This document shows positions 31,237 through 37,992 of a DNA stretch of 38,069 nucleotides, one piece after another. The stretch covers positions 1 through 38,069 of IMG/VR virus record IMGVR_UViG_3300045988_128374. One strand, written 5' to 3'. The stretch is from a virus. Position 1 is the stretch's first letter. Each line of letters opens with the position of its first letter. The position numbers and the translations under genes were made by a program. The notes under the pieces are model-generated. The model had not been told where the DNA came from, made no database searches, and saw nothing but the letters and a program-made list of their open reading frames with translations.

Positions 31237-32667
31237 CTATAATTCTGTAACTATTAAATCTGTATCATCTGTTGTTCTTGTTGCTATAAACTGCAGTCCC
31301 TTGTCCTTGCATTTCTTATAAAGCTGATTTCTAAGTGTTGTAGAAAGCTTCTCTACACCATCTATAAGCAGGAGCTGTATTCCATTCGGCCTCTGCAAAG
31401 CTACATCAATGCATAAATCCAGCTTTTCACCCTCTGATAAATTACTGATTGGAAGTCCGTTAATAAGAGGTATTCCGTTTTCAACTGAAAGTCCTTCAAT
31501 TGGTATACTGCATTCCTCCAGTATTTCACCCGGTAATGTCCGTGCTTTTTCAATCTTATCTGTTAAAATCTGTGACTGCTCTGCCAACTCATCTACCTGC
31601 TCCTGAAGCATTACCATTCTGTCATACTCATTAATGTGGGCTTTCATATCTTCAATAGCCTGTGCCTGTTTACTAAGTTCAGATGTATCTCTTATATCTC
31701 TATCAACATACTCATTGTACTCAGCACATTGTGCGTTATATTCAGCAACGGAAGCTTCATAAGTTTTATCTGCGATAGCAAGCTTGTCTGCCTTCTTAGA
31801 TGCAAGATTGCTCTGTTCCTGCCTTAAACTTACGATCTGTCCTTCAAGTCTTGTAATATCCTCTGTTATCTGCTTATCACGAGAACTGAACTCTCTTTCA
31901 ATAGCAGCTTTTTCAATCTCTCTATCTGCCTCAAACTTACGGATTTTATTGTTCTTGTTCTCAATTACCTGCTTGGCACGCTCCACAAGCTGATTATCAC
32001 GCTGAATACTTTCTATCTGTCTATAGATATCTCCAGCAGATGCATTTCTCCACTTCTCAGCGTCATAACCTTGTGGAAGTGTCCTGCCTATATCTTCTAT
32101 AAACGCTATCTTATTTCTTCTGTCTCTGTCTATATTCCTTCTGTTCTGGTAATACTCTCCATTTTCACTCTGAATGTCATTAAGAACTGCAAGAATATTC
32201 TGGTCATAATTAACCCATGCCGGTATCTCTCCAAACCACTGCTTAATAGTGCTCATATCCCAGTCATACTGAATCATATCCAAAATGATTGCATTCTGCT
32301 GTTTCTTATCCATAGCCATAAACTCTATTGGATTAAGCTGCAAAGGGGTAAATATCTCCTTAAGAAAAGCTTCTGGGCTTCCTATTTCACTCCCGTTCTG
32401 CTTTATAGATTTGTAATCCGCTCTATTAATGCGGCTCTTTCTATCAATAGATAATCCGCTATCCGTCTCAATAAGAATTTCTCCTTCAACAGCTCCGCGT
32501 CTTACAATTACATCTCTCCCAGATTTATTAGTTAATGCATATCTGATAGCATCAAGTACTGATGATTTACCTACACCATTTGAGCCTGAAAGCTCTATGC
32601 TTTCACCATTCATGTTAAATTCCCTGATACCCAGTATGTCTCGAATCTGAATCTTTGTTGTTCTCAT
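31237..32667 (-). CDS. SMC/RecF/SbcC-like AAA ATPase with a central coiled coil
   Basis: Start placed at ATG 32667, 5 nt after GGAGG. The Walker A motif is GSNGVGKSSVLDAIRYAL. The coiled-coil middle is long. The signature/Walker B region is LSEGEKLDLCIDVAL...LLLIDGVEKL. Confidence 0.85.
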   Translation of the reverse strand: MRTTKIQIRDILGIREFNMNGESIELSGSNGVGKSSVLDAIRYALTNKSGRDVIVRRGAVEGEILIETDSGLSIDRKSRINRADYKSIKQNGSEIGSPEAFLKEIFTPLQLNPIEFMAMDKKQQNAIILDMIQYDWDMSTIKQWFGEIPAWVNYDQNILAVLNDIQSENGEYYQNRRNIDRDRRNKIAFIEDIGRTLPQGYDAEKWRNASAGDIYRQIESIQRDNQLVERAKQVIENKNNKIRKFEADREIEKAAIEREFSSRDKQITEDITRLEGQIVSLRQEQSNLASKKADKLAIADKTYEASVAEYNAQCAEYNEYVDRDIRDTSELSKQAQAIEDMKAHINEYDRMVMLQEQVDELAEQSQILTDKIEKARTLPGEILEECSIPIEGLSVENGIPLINGLPISNLSEGEKLDLCIDVALQRPNGIQLLLIDGVEKLSTTLRNQLYKKCKDKGLQFIATRTTDDTDLIVTEL

Positions 32668-32821
32668 TATTTCCTCCAAAATTAAATACCATTTGCCCGT
32701 TTCGGGACTCCTTAAAATTACCCATATACTGTCTGCGTCTTTCTTCCTCCTTATCCTGGCAATCGCATTTTTCTCCAGGGTCTAAAAGAGCACTACAGTA
32801 ACTACATTCATAATTCCACAT
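32615..32821 (-). CDS. Small Cys-rich protein (68 aa), uncertain
   Basis: CSYC...CDC lies near the N-terminus. The RBS is weak. The 3' third overlaps the ATPase start by about 53 nt. Confidence 0.4.
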   Translation of the reverse strand: MWNYECSYCSALLDPGEKCDCQDKEEERRRQYMGNFKESRNGQMVFNFGGNNENNKDSDSRHTGYQGI

Positions 32822-32898
32822 TGCTTTTTACTTCAAAATGGTCTACACTATCATTGAGTTATTATCTGAGTTGCGGTGTTGCCTCACTGCAGCTCTTT

Positions 32899-33057
32899 TT
32901 ATATAGTTGGAAGTCTGTATGTACCTTCCGGCACAAAGCTGAATATTTCCAACAATCTCAGCCTTGTGTACCATTTGGCAGCCAGCTCCGTGTTACCAAT
33001 TCGAAGATTCTCATTAATTCTCTTGTTGTACGAAATTATCAAACCTACTCGTCGCAT
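32899..33057 (-). CDS. Small hypothetical protein (52 aa, absent from the ORF track)
   Basis: AGGAAAGGA precedes ATG 33057. The product reads MRRVGLIISYNKRINENLRIGNTELAAKWYTRLRLLEIFSFVPEGTYRLPTI. Confidence 0.45.
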   Translation of the reverse strand: MRRVGLIISYNKRINENLRIGNTELAAKWYTRLRLLEIFSFVPEGTYRLPTI

Positions 33058-33071
33058 ATTATTTTCCTTTC

Positions 33072-33308
33072 CTAAATTACAATATCCTTTGGTTCATTCG
33101 GATTCGTTAAATCCTTTCCCTCATTATCCCTGAAGAATCTTTCAAGCTCTGACTTTCTTATTCTTGTATGAGGGATTTTAAGCACCCTTATCTGATTTGC
33201 GTTGATAAGTGTATAAACATACTGTTTAGAAGCTCGCATGATTGTTGCCACTTCCTCCACTGTATACACCATATCCTCCGGCTCTCTCTTTATTGTTGCT
33301 ATCTTCAT
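33072..33308 (-). CDS. Excisionase-family (HTH_17/MerR-like) DNA-binding protein; possible Xis or early regulator
   Basis: The sequence YTVEEVATIMRASKQYVYTLINANQIRVLKIPHTRIRKSELERFF matches the excisionase-type HTH pattern. Confidence 0.7.
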   Translation of the reverse strand: MKIATIKREPEDMVYTVEEVATIMRASKQYVYTLINANQIRVLKIPHTRIRKSELERFFRDNEGKDLTNPNEPKDIVI

Positions 33309-33329
33309 AAGCCTGCTCCTTTCCTTAAT

Positions 33330-33410
33330 CTATTTCCTCTTAGGTTCATGGCATAATACCAATATTGTTATGCAGATAATTGCTGTTATCGCTACTGCTG
33401 TATAATTCAC
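33330..33410 (-). CDS. Possible 26-aa hydrophobic peptide (GTG start), speculative
   Basis: AAGGAGG lies 7 nt before GTG 33410. The product reads (M)NYTAVAITAIICITILVLCHEPKRK. Its leader is a near-duplicate of the one at 34016-34053. Confidence 0.25.
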   Translation of the reverse strand: MNYTAVAITAIICITILVLCHEPKRK

Positions 33411-33506
33411 GCTCTCACCTCCTTGTATATTACTTGCTTGAATCACCTTGCCTAATTCTGTCATAGCTCATATACTTTATTTAAAACGCTTACAGGAGGA
33501 TACATT

Positions 33507-33857
33507 ATGCCAACACCATTCAACGAATTAGAACTATCAATATATGAACATCTTTTACTCATACGCATAAAGTTCACAGGTGTTTATAAGGAAACTGTTC
33601 GCAAAAAGCAAAGATACCAATTTCTTTGTAAATTCAGTCTTGTAGATAACTCACCTAAAAACTTCAAAAAATACGTCATTAGCGACAAAGGGAATATGTA
33701 TCTACGTTACAAACGCCGTAGTTCTTTTCGTTTCTGGATACCTGTAATCATTTCCATACTTGCCTTGTTAAGCAGTTATGATGTATACACTAATCCTTTT
33801 ATTCAGAAAGTATTACAATCACTAGCACAGCTATTGAAAAATATAATGGGAAATTAG
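33507..33857 (+). CDS. Plus-strand (lysogeny-direction) membrane-anchored protein (116 aa)
   Basis: AGGAGGA lies 6 nt before ATG 33507. A TATAAT box lies at 33401-33406. The C-terminal TM helix is FWIPVIISILALLSS. This is the only plus-strand gene embedded in the early minus-strand region. Confidence 0.62.
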   Translation: MPTPFNELELSIYEHLLLIRIKFTGVYKETVRKKQRYQFLCKFSLVDNSPKNFKKYVISDKGNMYLRYKRRSSFRFWIPVIISILALLSSYDVYTNPFIQKVLQSLAQLLKNIMGN

Positions 33858-34023
33858 GATATCGTTCTCTGAATGGTACTTTCACAATCACATATTCAAA
33901 TCCCAATCTCTTCATTTTCCTTACTACTGATATCATTTGCACTAATGTTCTTACCCTCTCTTCTATGAATGGTTCATAGCAACGGATAATGTACTTATAT
34001 GTTTTCTTCGCAATTGCTCTCAC
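33799..34023 (-). CDS. Hypothetical early protein (74 aa), start uncertain
   Basis: This is the first ORF downstream of the cro-like gene. The GTG at 34023 overlaps its own GGAGG, so the true start is unclear. It converges with 33507-33857 and overlaps it by 59 bp. Confidence 0.4.
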   Translation of the reverse strand: MRAIAKKTYKYIIRCYEPFIEERVRTLVQMISVVRKMKRLGFEYVIVKVPFRERYPNFPLYFSIAVLVIVILSE

Positions 34024-34054
34024 CTCCTTGTTATATTACTTGCTTTGAATGTTT

Positions 34055-34073
34055 ACTTGAATTAATTTCAAGT
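34055..34073. promoter_or_regulatory. Operator-type palindrome ACTTGAA-N5-TTCAAGT (perfect copy) downstream of cro
   Basis: ACTTGAATTAATTTCAAGT follows the same 7-5-7 design as the four sites in the cI/cro intergenic region. Confidence 0.55.
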
Positions 34074-34090
34074 TTAAATTCAAAAAAAAA

Positions 34091-34291
34091 TTAAAATTTT
34101 ATCTGATTAAGAGTTACACCGAAATGCTCAGCAAGAGCTCTAACTTTACTTACTGCCACATTAGATATATCTTTTTCCCATGAGCAGTATGTTTGGGGAG
34201 AAATACCGATTTTGTTGGCAACTTGCTCCTGTGTTTCGTTTTTTCTTGCTCTTAATTCTTTAACGGAGAACTGCATTTCATTTGTATTCAA
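34091..34291 (-). CDS. Cro-like XRE-family HTH regulator
   Basis: The HTH reads LRARKNETQEQVANKIGISPQTYCSWE. The gene is divergent from the cI-like gene. The start is TTG 34291 (after GAGGTGAT) or ATG 34276. Confidence 0.8.
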   Translation of the reverse strand: MNTNEMQFSVKELRARKNETQEQVANKIGISPQTYCSWEKDISNVAVSKVRALAEHFGVTLNQIKF

Positions 34292-34311
34292 CTTTTCATC
34301 ACCTCATTTCA

Positions 34312-34428
34312 ACTTGAATTATTTTCAAGCATATGTTACTTGATTTATATTCAAGTGTCAATACCTTTTTTGAATTTATTTCAAGTTTTTTTATCTTTTT
34401 ATCAATTCTACTTGAATTTTCTTCAATT
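34312..34428. promoter_or_regulatory. Genetic switch: four ACTTGAA-N5-TTCAAGT-type operators
   Basis: The sites are at 34312-34330 (ACTTGAATTATTTTCAAGC), 34338-34356 (ACTTGATTTATATTCAAGT), 34368-34386 (TTTTGAATTTATTTCAAGT) and 34410-34428 (ACTTGAATTTTCTTCAATT). Confidence 0.65.
34333..34361 (-). promoter_or_regulatory. Putative lytic (cro) promoter
   Basis: On the minus strand: TTGACA (34361-34356), a 17-nt spacer, then TAACAT (34338-34333). The spacer coincides with operator 34338-34356. Confidence 0.55.
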
Positions 34429-34440
34429 ATATTATATTAT
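34412..34440 (+). promoter_or_regulatory. Putative repressor (cI) promoter
   Basis: TTGAAT (34412-34417), a 17-nt spacer, then TATTAT (34435-34440). The -35 box lies inside operator 34410-34428. Confidence 0.45.
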
Positions 34441-34474
34441 TCAAATATAAATTAAGAAGGGCGGTGACATTAAT

Positions 34475-34858
34475 ATGTGCCTTGGTGAAAACATACGTTT
34501 TTTAAGAACTAAAAAAGGATATTCTCAAGATGACATAGCCAATATGCTTGGTTATAAATCATTTACTACAATACAAAAATGGGAGTCTGGTGTTTCTGAA
34601 CCACCACTTAAAGCCTTAAAGAAATTATCTGAAATATTTAATATAGATATGAATGATTTAGCTACAAAAAAACTCTCTTATAATACTAATGAAGATAATA
34701 ATGTATATTATCTTGATGATGATGCAAGAGATATGGCTCAGTTCTTATATGAGAACCCTGATTATAAAGTTCTCTTTGATGCATCACGCAAGGTTAAAAA
34801 AGAAGATATTCAGTTTGTAAAGGAGATGATTGACCGAATGTCTAACAAAAATGATTAA
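34475..34858 (+). CDS. cI-like XRE-family repressor (127 aa)
   Basis: The HTH reads IRFLRTKKGYSQDDIANMLGYKSFTTIQKWESG. A C-terminal non-HTH domain is present. The gene is divergent from cro and followed by the ImmA-like ORF. Confidence 0.87.
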   Translation: MCLGENIRFLRTKKGYSQDDIANMLGYKSFTTIQKWESGVSEPPLKALKKLSEIFNIDMNDLATKKLSYNTNEDNNVYYLDDDARDMAQFLYENPDYKVLFDASRKVKKEDIQFVKEMIDRMSNKND

Positions 34859-34876
34859 AGATAAGAGGGTGAGAAA

Positions 34877-35098
34877 TTGGATACTAATATTTTATATGTA
34901 GATATGCCTACTACAATTAAGGCATATACTGTTTGCTGTGATGATGATACCTATACCGTAGTCTTAAATGCCAGACACTCAATGGAACAATTGATGTTGG
35001 CTTATCATCACGAGATGAAGCATATTGAAAATGGCGATTACGACAAGCCAGACAAAGATGTTCAGGTAATTGAAATATTTGCACATAGAGAAGAATAG
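34877..35098 (+). CDS. Mini ImmA/IrrE-like metallopeptidase-motif protein (73 aa)
   Basis: The motif HEMKH (HExxH) followed by ENGD is present. The TTG start follows GAGGGTGA. It lies directly downstream of the repressor, as in ImmR-ImmA pairs. Confidence 0.58.
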   Translation: MDTNILYVDMPTTIKAYTVCCDDDTYTVVLNARHSMEQLMLAYHHEMKHIENGDYDKPDKDVQVIEIFAHREE

Positions 35099-35109
35099 GG
35101 GGATATTAA

Positions 35110-36258
35110 ATGTTAATTAGCAAATCTGATTTAAAATCATTGAAAAAACAATACAACTTCTTAATGCATAATAAATTTTATATTTCTGTTCGTTATGTAC
35201 ATGGAATACCTAATCAAAAATTATCTACATGTGTTGTTGGATTATTTGAGGCTGGGTTGTTTCTTGATTTTTTTCTTGGCAAAAAATACATATATAACAT
35301 AAAAGATATTTCTAATGTTTTTTATTCAACATATTATATAGTTATTGAGTTTGCAGATAACTCGTTTTGGACATTAGTAGGTAATGAAAAACAAGTTACT
35401 AAAATATATTCCATATTAACTACAGAATACAATATTTCTTCAATAAGTAAAAATATTACGGACTATTTACCTAATATTATACCTAGCAATTCTGTGTCTG
35501 AAACATTAGAACATAATGAAATATCTGCATTAACAAATACTGAAAATGAAATAGAAACACCTGATAAAGCTGGATATGAACTTCCTGTTCAGATAAATGA
35601 TATTCATGAAACTGATAATAATGCTACTGCCCAAGAAAAACATATTGAGAATAAGGATGAACATATTAATTTTCCTGATTGGTATATCTCTGTATCTTTT
35701 GGGAAATCATCTTCAAGTAATTATATGAAAGCCGTTATGCTTGCGCAACAGGCTCCTCAATATCATACCCAGACTGACAATGGTGTTATCCTGCATCAAG
35801 CCATATATTCTAGCAAACCTAATGAATATCTTTCATTTATTAGTCTATATGAGCTTGTAGCAAACTGGAAATCATCTTTTGTAATAATCAATGGTAAAAT
35901 TATTGATAGAAAAATTGTAGGACAATTAAATTACTGTTATGGTGATAAATGCAGAAGTGGAAATCCTAATTTTTGTTATGGAGCAAGCTATATGACAGAA
36001 AACCCATTTGGCTGCCACCGACTTCAAGTAAGTGCTGCTAATAATCCATGGTGGTCATTCTATAGACTGATAGGAAACACATATGTTCTTAATCAAGCTG
36101 AGCTTAAAGAACGAATTGACTCTTATGCCTCTATATATTGCATATGTCCTTGTTTTAATTACACAAAAATTATTCAGGCATATAATTCTTTACCTGTTAA
36201 GTTATCACAAAAGAAATATGCTAAATTGTGGGCTGAGGGATTTGGACTTAAAATGTAG
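35110..36258 (+). CDS. Unknown 382-aa lysogeny-module cargo protein (candidate exclusion/defence or conversion gene)
   Basis: GGGGGA lies 6 nt before ATG 35110. The gene is AT-rich. Its layout is a beta-rich N-terminal ~115 aa, an Asn/Glu/Thr-rich linker, then a Cys-containing ~195-aa C-terminal domain. A strong terminator follows. Confidence 0.8.
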   Translation: MLISKSDLKSLKKQYNFLMHNKFYISVRYVHGIPNQKLSTCVVGLFEAGLFLDFFLGKKYIYNIKDISNVFYSTYYIVIEFADNSFWTLVGNEKQVTKIYSILTTEYNISSISKNITDYLPNIIPSNSVSETLEHNEISALTNTENEIETPDKAGYELPVQINDIHETDNNATAQEKHIENKDEHINFPDWYISVSFGKSSSSNYMKAVMLAQQAPQYHTQTDNGVILHQAIYSSKPNEYLSFISLYELVANWKSSFVIINGKIIDRKIVGQLNYCYGDKCRSGNPNFCYGASYMTENPFGCHRLQVSAANNPWWSFYRLIGNTYVLNQAELKERIDSYASIYCICPCFNYTKIIQAYNSLPVKLSQKKYAKLWAEGFGLKM

Positions 36259-36391
36259 CTGTATTATCGGCTTTGAACCAATGTTTTATATGTTGCAGAT
36301 ATGTGATTGTCCCACACACTTATTTAATTTGACTTTATAATATATAAATGGTAAGATAAATCCAACAGAAATGGTCGTTGTTAAATGACTG

Positions 36392-36440
36392 GCAAAAATC
36401 CCTCTTACCATTTATATGGACAGAGGGATTTTTGCTTTTA
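36392..36440 (+). terminator. Rho-independent terminator of the repressor-ImmA-cargo operon
   Basis: GCAAAAATCCCTCT, a 16-nt loop, then AGAGGGATTTTTGC followed by TTTTA. The stem is a perfect 14 bp. Confidence 0.75.
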
Positions 36441-36522
36441 ATTTTACAATATTTATATAAATAAAAGCCCCTGTGCTACCAACACAAGAGCTTTTACCAC
36501 GATACTTACATAAGCTGTGCCT

Positions 36523-36561
36523 ATGATATAATATCGCCCTAGACAAGCCATATTATATCAT
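36523..36561. promoter_or_regulatory. 12-bp inverted repeat containing a TATAAT box upstream of int
   Basis: ATGATATAATAT (36523-36534), a 15-nt spacer, then ATATTATATCAT (36550-36561). TATAAT lies at 36527-36532. Confidence 0.45.
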
Positions 36562-36611
36562 TCTGAACACCGCTTTTGCAAGTAGGTGTTATTTTTGTAC
36601 CCATTTTTACT

Positions 36612-36627
36612 GTTGCACCAGTGCAAC
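36612..36627. promoter_or_regulatory. Variant palindrome GTTGCACCAGTGCAAC, copy 4 of 4, in the integrase leader
   Basis: It has one mismatch to the other three copies, the same T-[palindrome]-TT context, and lies 30 nt upstream of the int ATG. Confidence 0.55.
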
Positions 36628-36656
36628 TTCCCCAAAAACAGAAAGGAATGATTAAT

Positions 36657-37868
36657 ATGAAAAAGAAAATATCTAAGGTCCTTACATATAAGCGTGGCAA
36701 TCTATGGGCCTATCGTTTCGAATCTGCCCCTGTAGATAGCAAAAGGAAGTGGATTACCAAGAGCGGATTTAAGAACCAATCTGAGGCATATGAAGCCGGT
36801 ATGGTCGCATACACACAATATAAACAGACTGGCAAGAGCTTCACTCCATCTAATATCTCTGTATCTGATTACATGGATTACTGGATTGATAATTATTGCA
36901 AGGTCAATCTTAAAGCTAATACGGCATCAACTTACAAAAAGAAAATTGATTTATATATAAAGCCGGCTATTGGTTCATATTATCTTAAAGACATAGAGCC
37001 AAGTCTTCTCCAGGAGCTTATAAATAATCTTTTTAATACCGGAATGTCGCGAAACTCTCTCGGCAATGTTAAGGGCATTCTTACCAAGTCATTTGCCTAC
37101 GCAAAGACTACTGCAAGATTTATTAATGATGACCCTTCTGCAACTATTTCTCTTCCGCTTCCAAGAGCAAAGGCAGAGGTTAAAACCAAAAAGAAAGTAA
37201 GAGTCGTATGGACTAATGAACAGCTTGATACTGTCTTTAAAACATTTGCACAAGGACATATATATCATATGCCACTTCTTCTCGCTTATAGGTGCGGCAT
37301 GCGTCTGGGTGAGATATTTGGTCTTATGTGGGATGATATAGACTTTGATAATGGAATATTAAGCATTAACAGACAGGTACAGAATCATGATGATAAATGG
37401 TATCTGGAAAACCCTAAATATGATTCATTTCGTACCATAGAACTTGATGATACAACGCTTTCAGAACTTAAAAGGATGTACGAACATGAAAAGGAATGTG
37501 AACAGTACTATAATGAATATTACAATTATATCTACTGTGAGACACTTGAAGATGACTCTAAGAGACTTACTTATGAGCCGGCTGGCGAATCAATGCATAT
37601 GGTGCTTGTAAGAGATGATGGCTCATGGATTCAGCCAAGAACAATGATGCACTGTTTTAATGTTATTCATCACAAGCTTGGCTTCACTGAGCTTGATTTC
37701 CATTCTCTCAGGCATACACACGCTTCTAATTTACTTGCCAAAGGAGCTGATGTTAAATATGTACAAGAGCGTCTGGGACATAAAAATGTAGCAACCACTC
37801 TTGATATATATGCCCATGTCACAGAAACCATGCGTGAGCGCAACAAGGACATATTAAATACACTATAA
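36657..37868 (+). CDS. int: Tyrosine recombinase / phage integrase
   Basis: Start placed at ATG 36657 (MKKKISKV) after GAAAGGA. The catalytic motifs are RCGMRLGEI, HSLRHTHAS and LGHKNVATTLDIYAHV. An N-terminal SAM-like arm/core-binding region is present. Confidence 0.93.
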   Translation: MKKKISKVLTYKRGNLWAYRFESAPVDSKRKWITKSGFKNQSEAYEAGMVAYTQYKQTGKSFTPSNISVSDYMDYWIDNYCKVNLKANTASTYKKKIDLYIKPAIGSYYLKDIEPSLLQELINNLFNTGMSRNSLGNVKGILTKSFAYAKTTARFINDDPSATISLPLPRAKAEVKTKKKVRVVWTNEQLDTVFKTFAQGHIYHMPLLLAYRCGMRLGEIFGLMWDDIDFDNGILSINRQVQNHDDKWYLENPKYDSFRTIELDDTTLSELKRMYEHEKECEQYYNEYYNYIYCETLEDDSKRLTYEPAGESMHMVLVRDDGSWIQPRTMMHCFNVIHHKLGFTELDFHSLRHTHASNLLAKGADVKYVQERLGHKNVATTLDIYAHVTETMRERNKDILNTL

Positions 37869-37869
37869 T

Positions 37870-37947
37870 AAAAAGGCATCTGTACACACATCTCATTGTA
37901 CACATTAAATCCTAATGTGTACAAAATGTGTACAAATGCCTTTTTTT
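37870..37947 (+). terminator. Compound three-segment hairpin built from TGTACA repeats (int terminator and/or arm-site cluster)
   Basis: AAAAAGGCAT (37870-79) pairs with ATGCCTTTTT (37936-45). TGTACACA (37881-88) pairs with TGTGTACA (37927-34). TTGTACACATT (37896-906) pairs with AATGTGTACAA (37914-24). A T run extends to 37947. Confidence 0.65.
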
Positions 37948-37952
37948 CAATG

Positions 37953-37974
37953 TGTACACATTAAAATTGTACAC
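37953..37974. promoter_or_regulatory. Two further TGTACAC repeats between the int terminator and the att core
   Basis: TGTACAC occurs at 37953-37959 and 37968-37974, in direct orientation with 15-bp spacing. Confidence 0.4.
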
Positions 37975-37992
37975 ATATCAAAATCGTAAAAA

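Noticed and set aside
10127-33356. Further plus-strand ORFs across the head, packaging, replication and recombination genes (for example 10209-10637, 16578-17072, 16910-17407, 19889-20308, 24927-25334, 26196-26681, 27001-27405, 32071-32454)
   Set aside because: These are antisense shadows of minus-strand genes, for the same reasons as above.
36576-36656. Upstream extension of the integrase ORF (MQVGVIFVPIFTVAPVQLPQKQKGMIN)
   Set aside because: It has no RBS, a hydrophobic nonsense-like sequence, and contains the palindrome. ATG 36657 has a properly spaced GAAAGGA and a typical integrase N-terminus.
37670-37924. Minus-strand 84-aa ORF overlapping the integrase 3' end
   Set aside because: It lies antisense to a high-confidence gene and runs into the terminator hairpin. 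It has no RBS.
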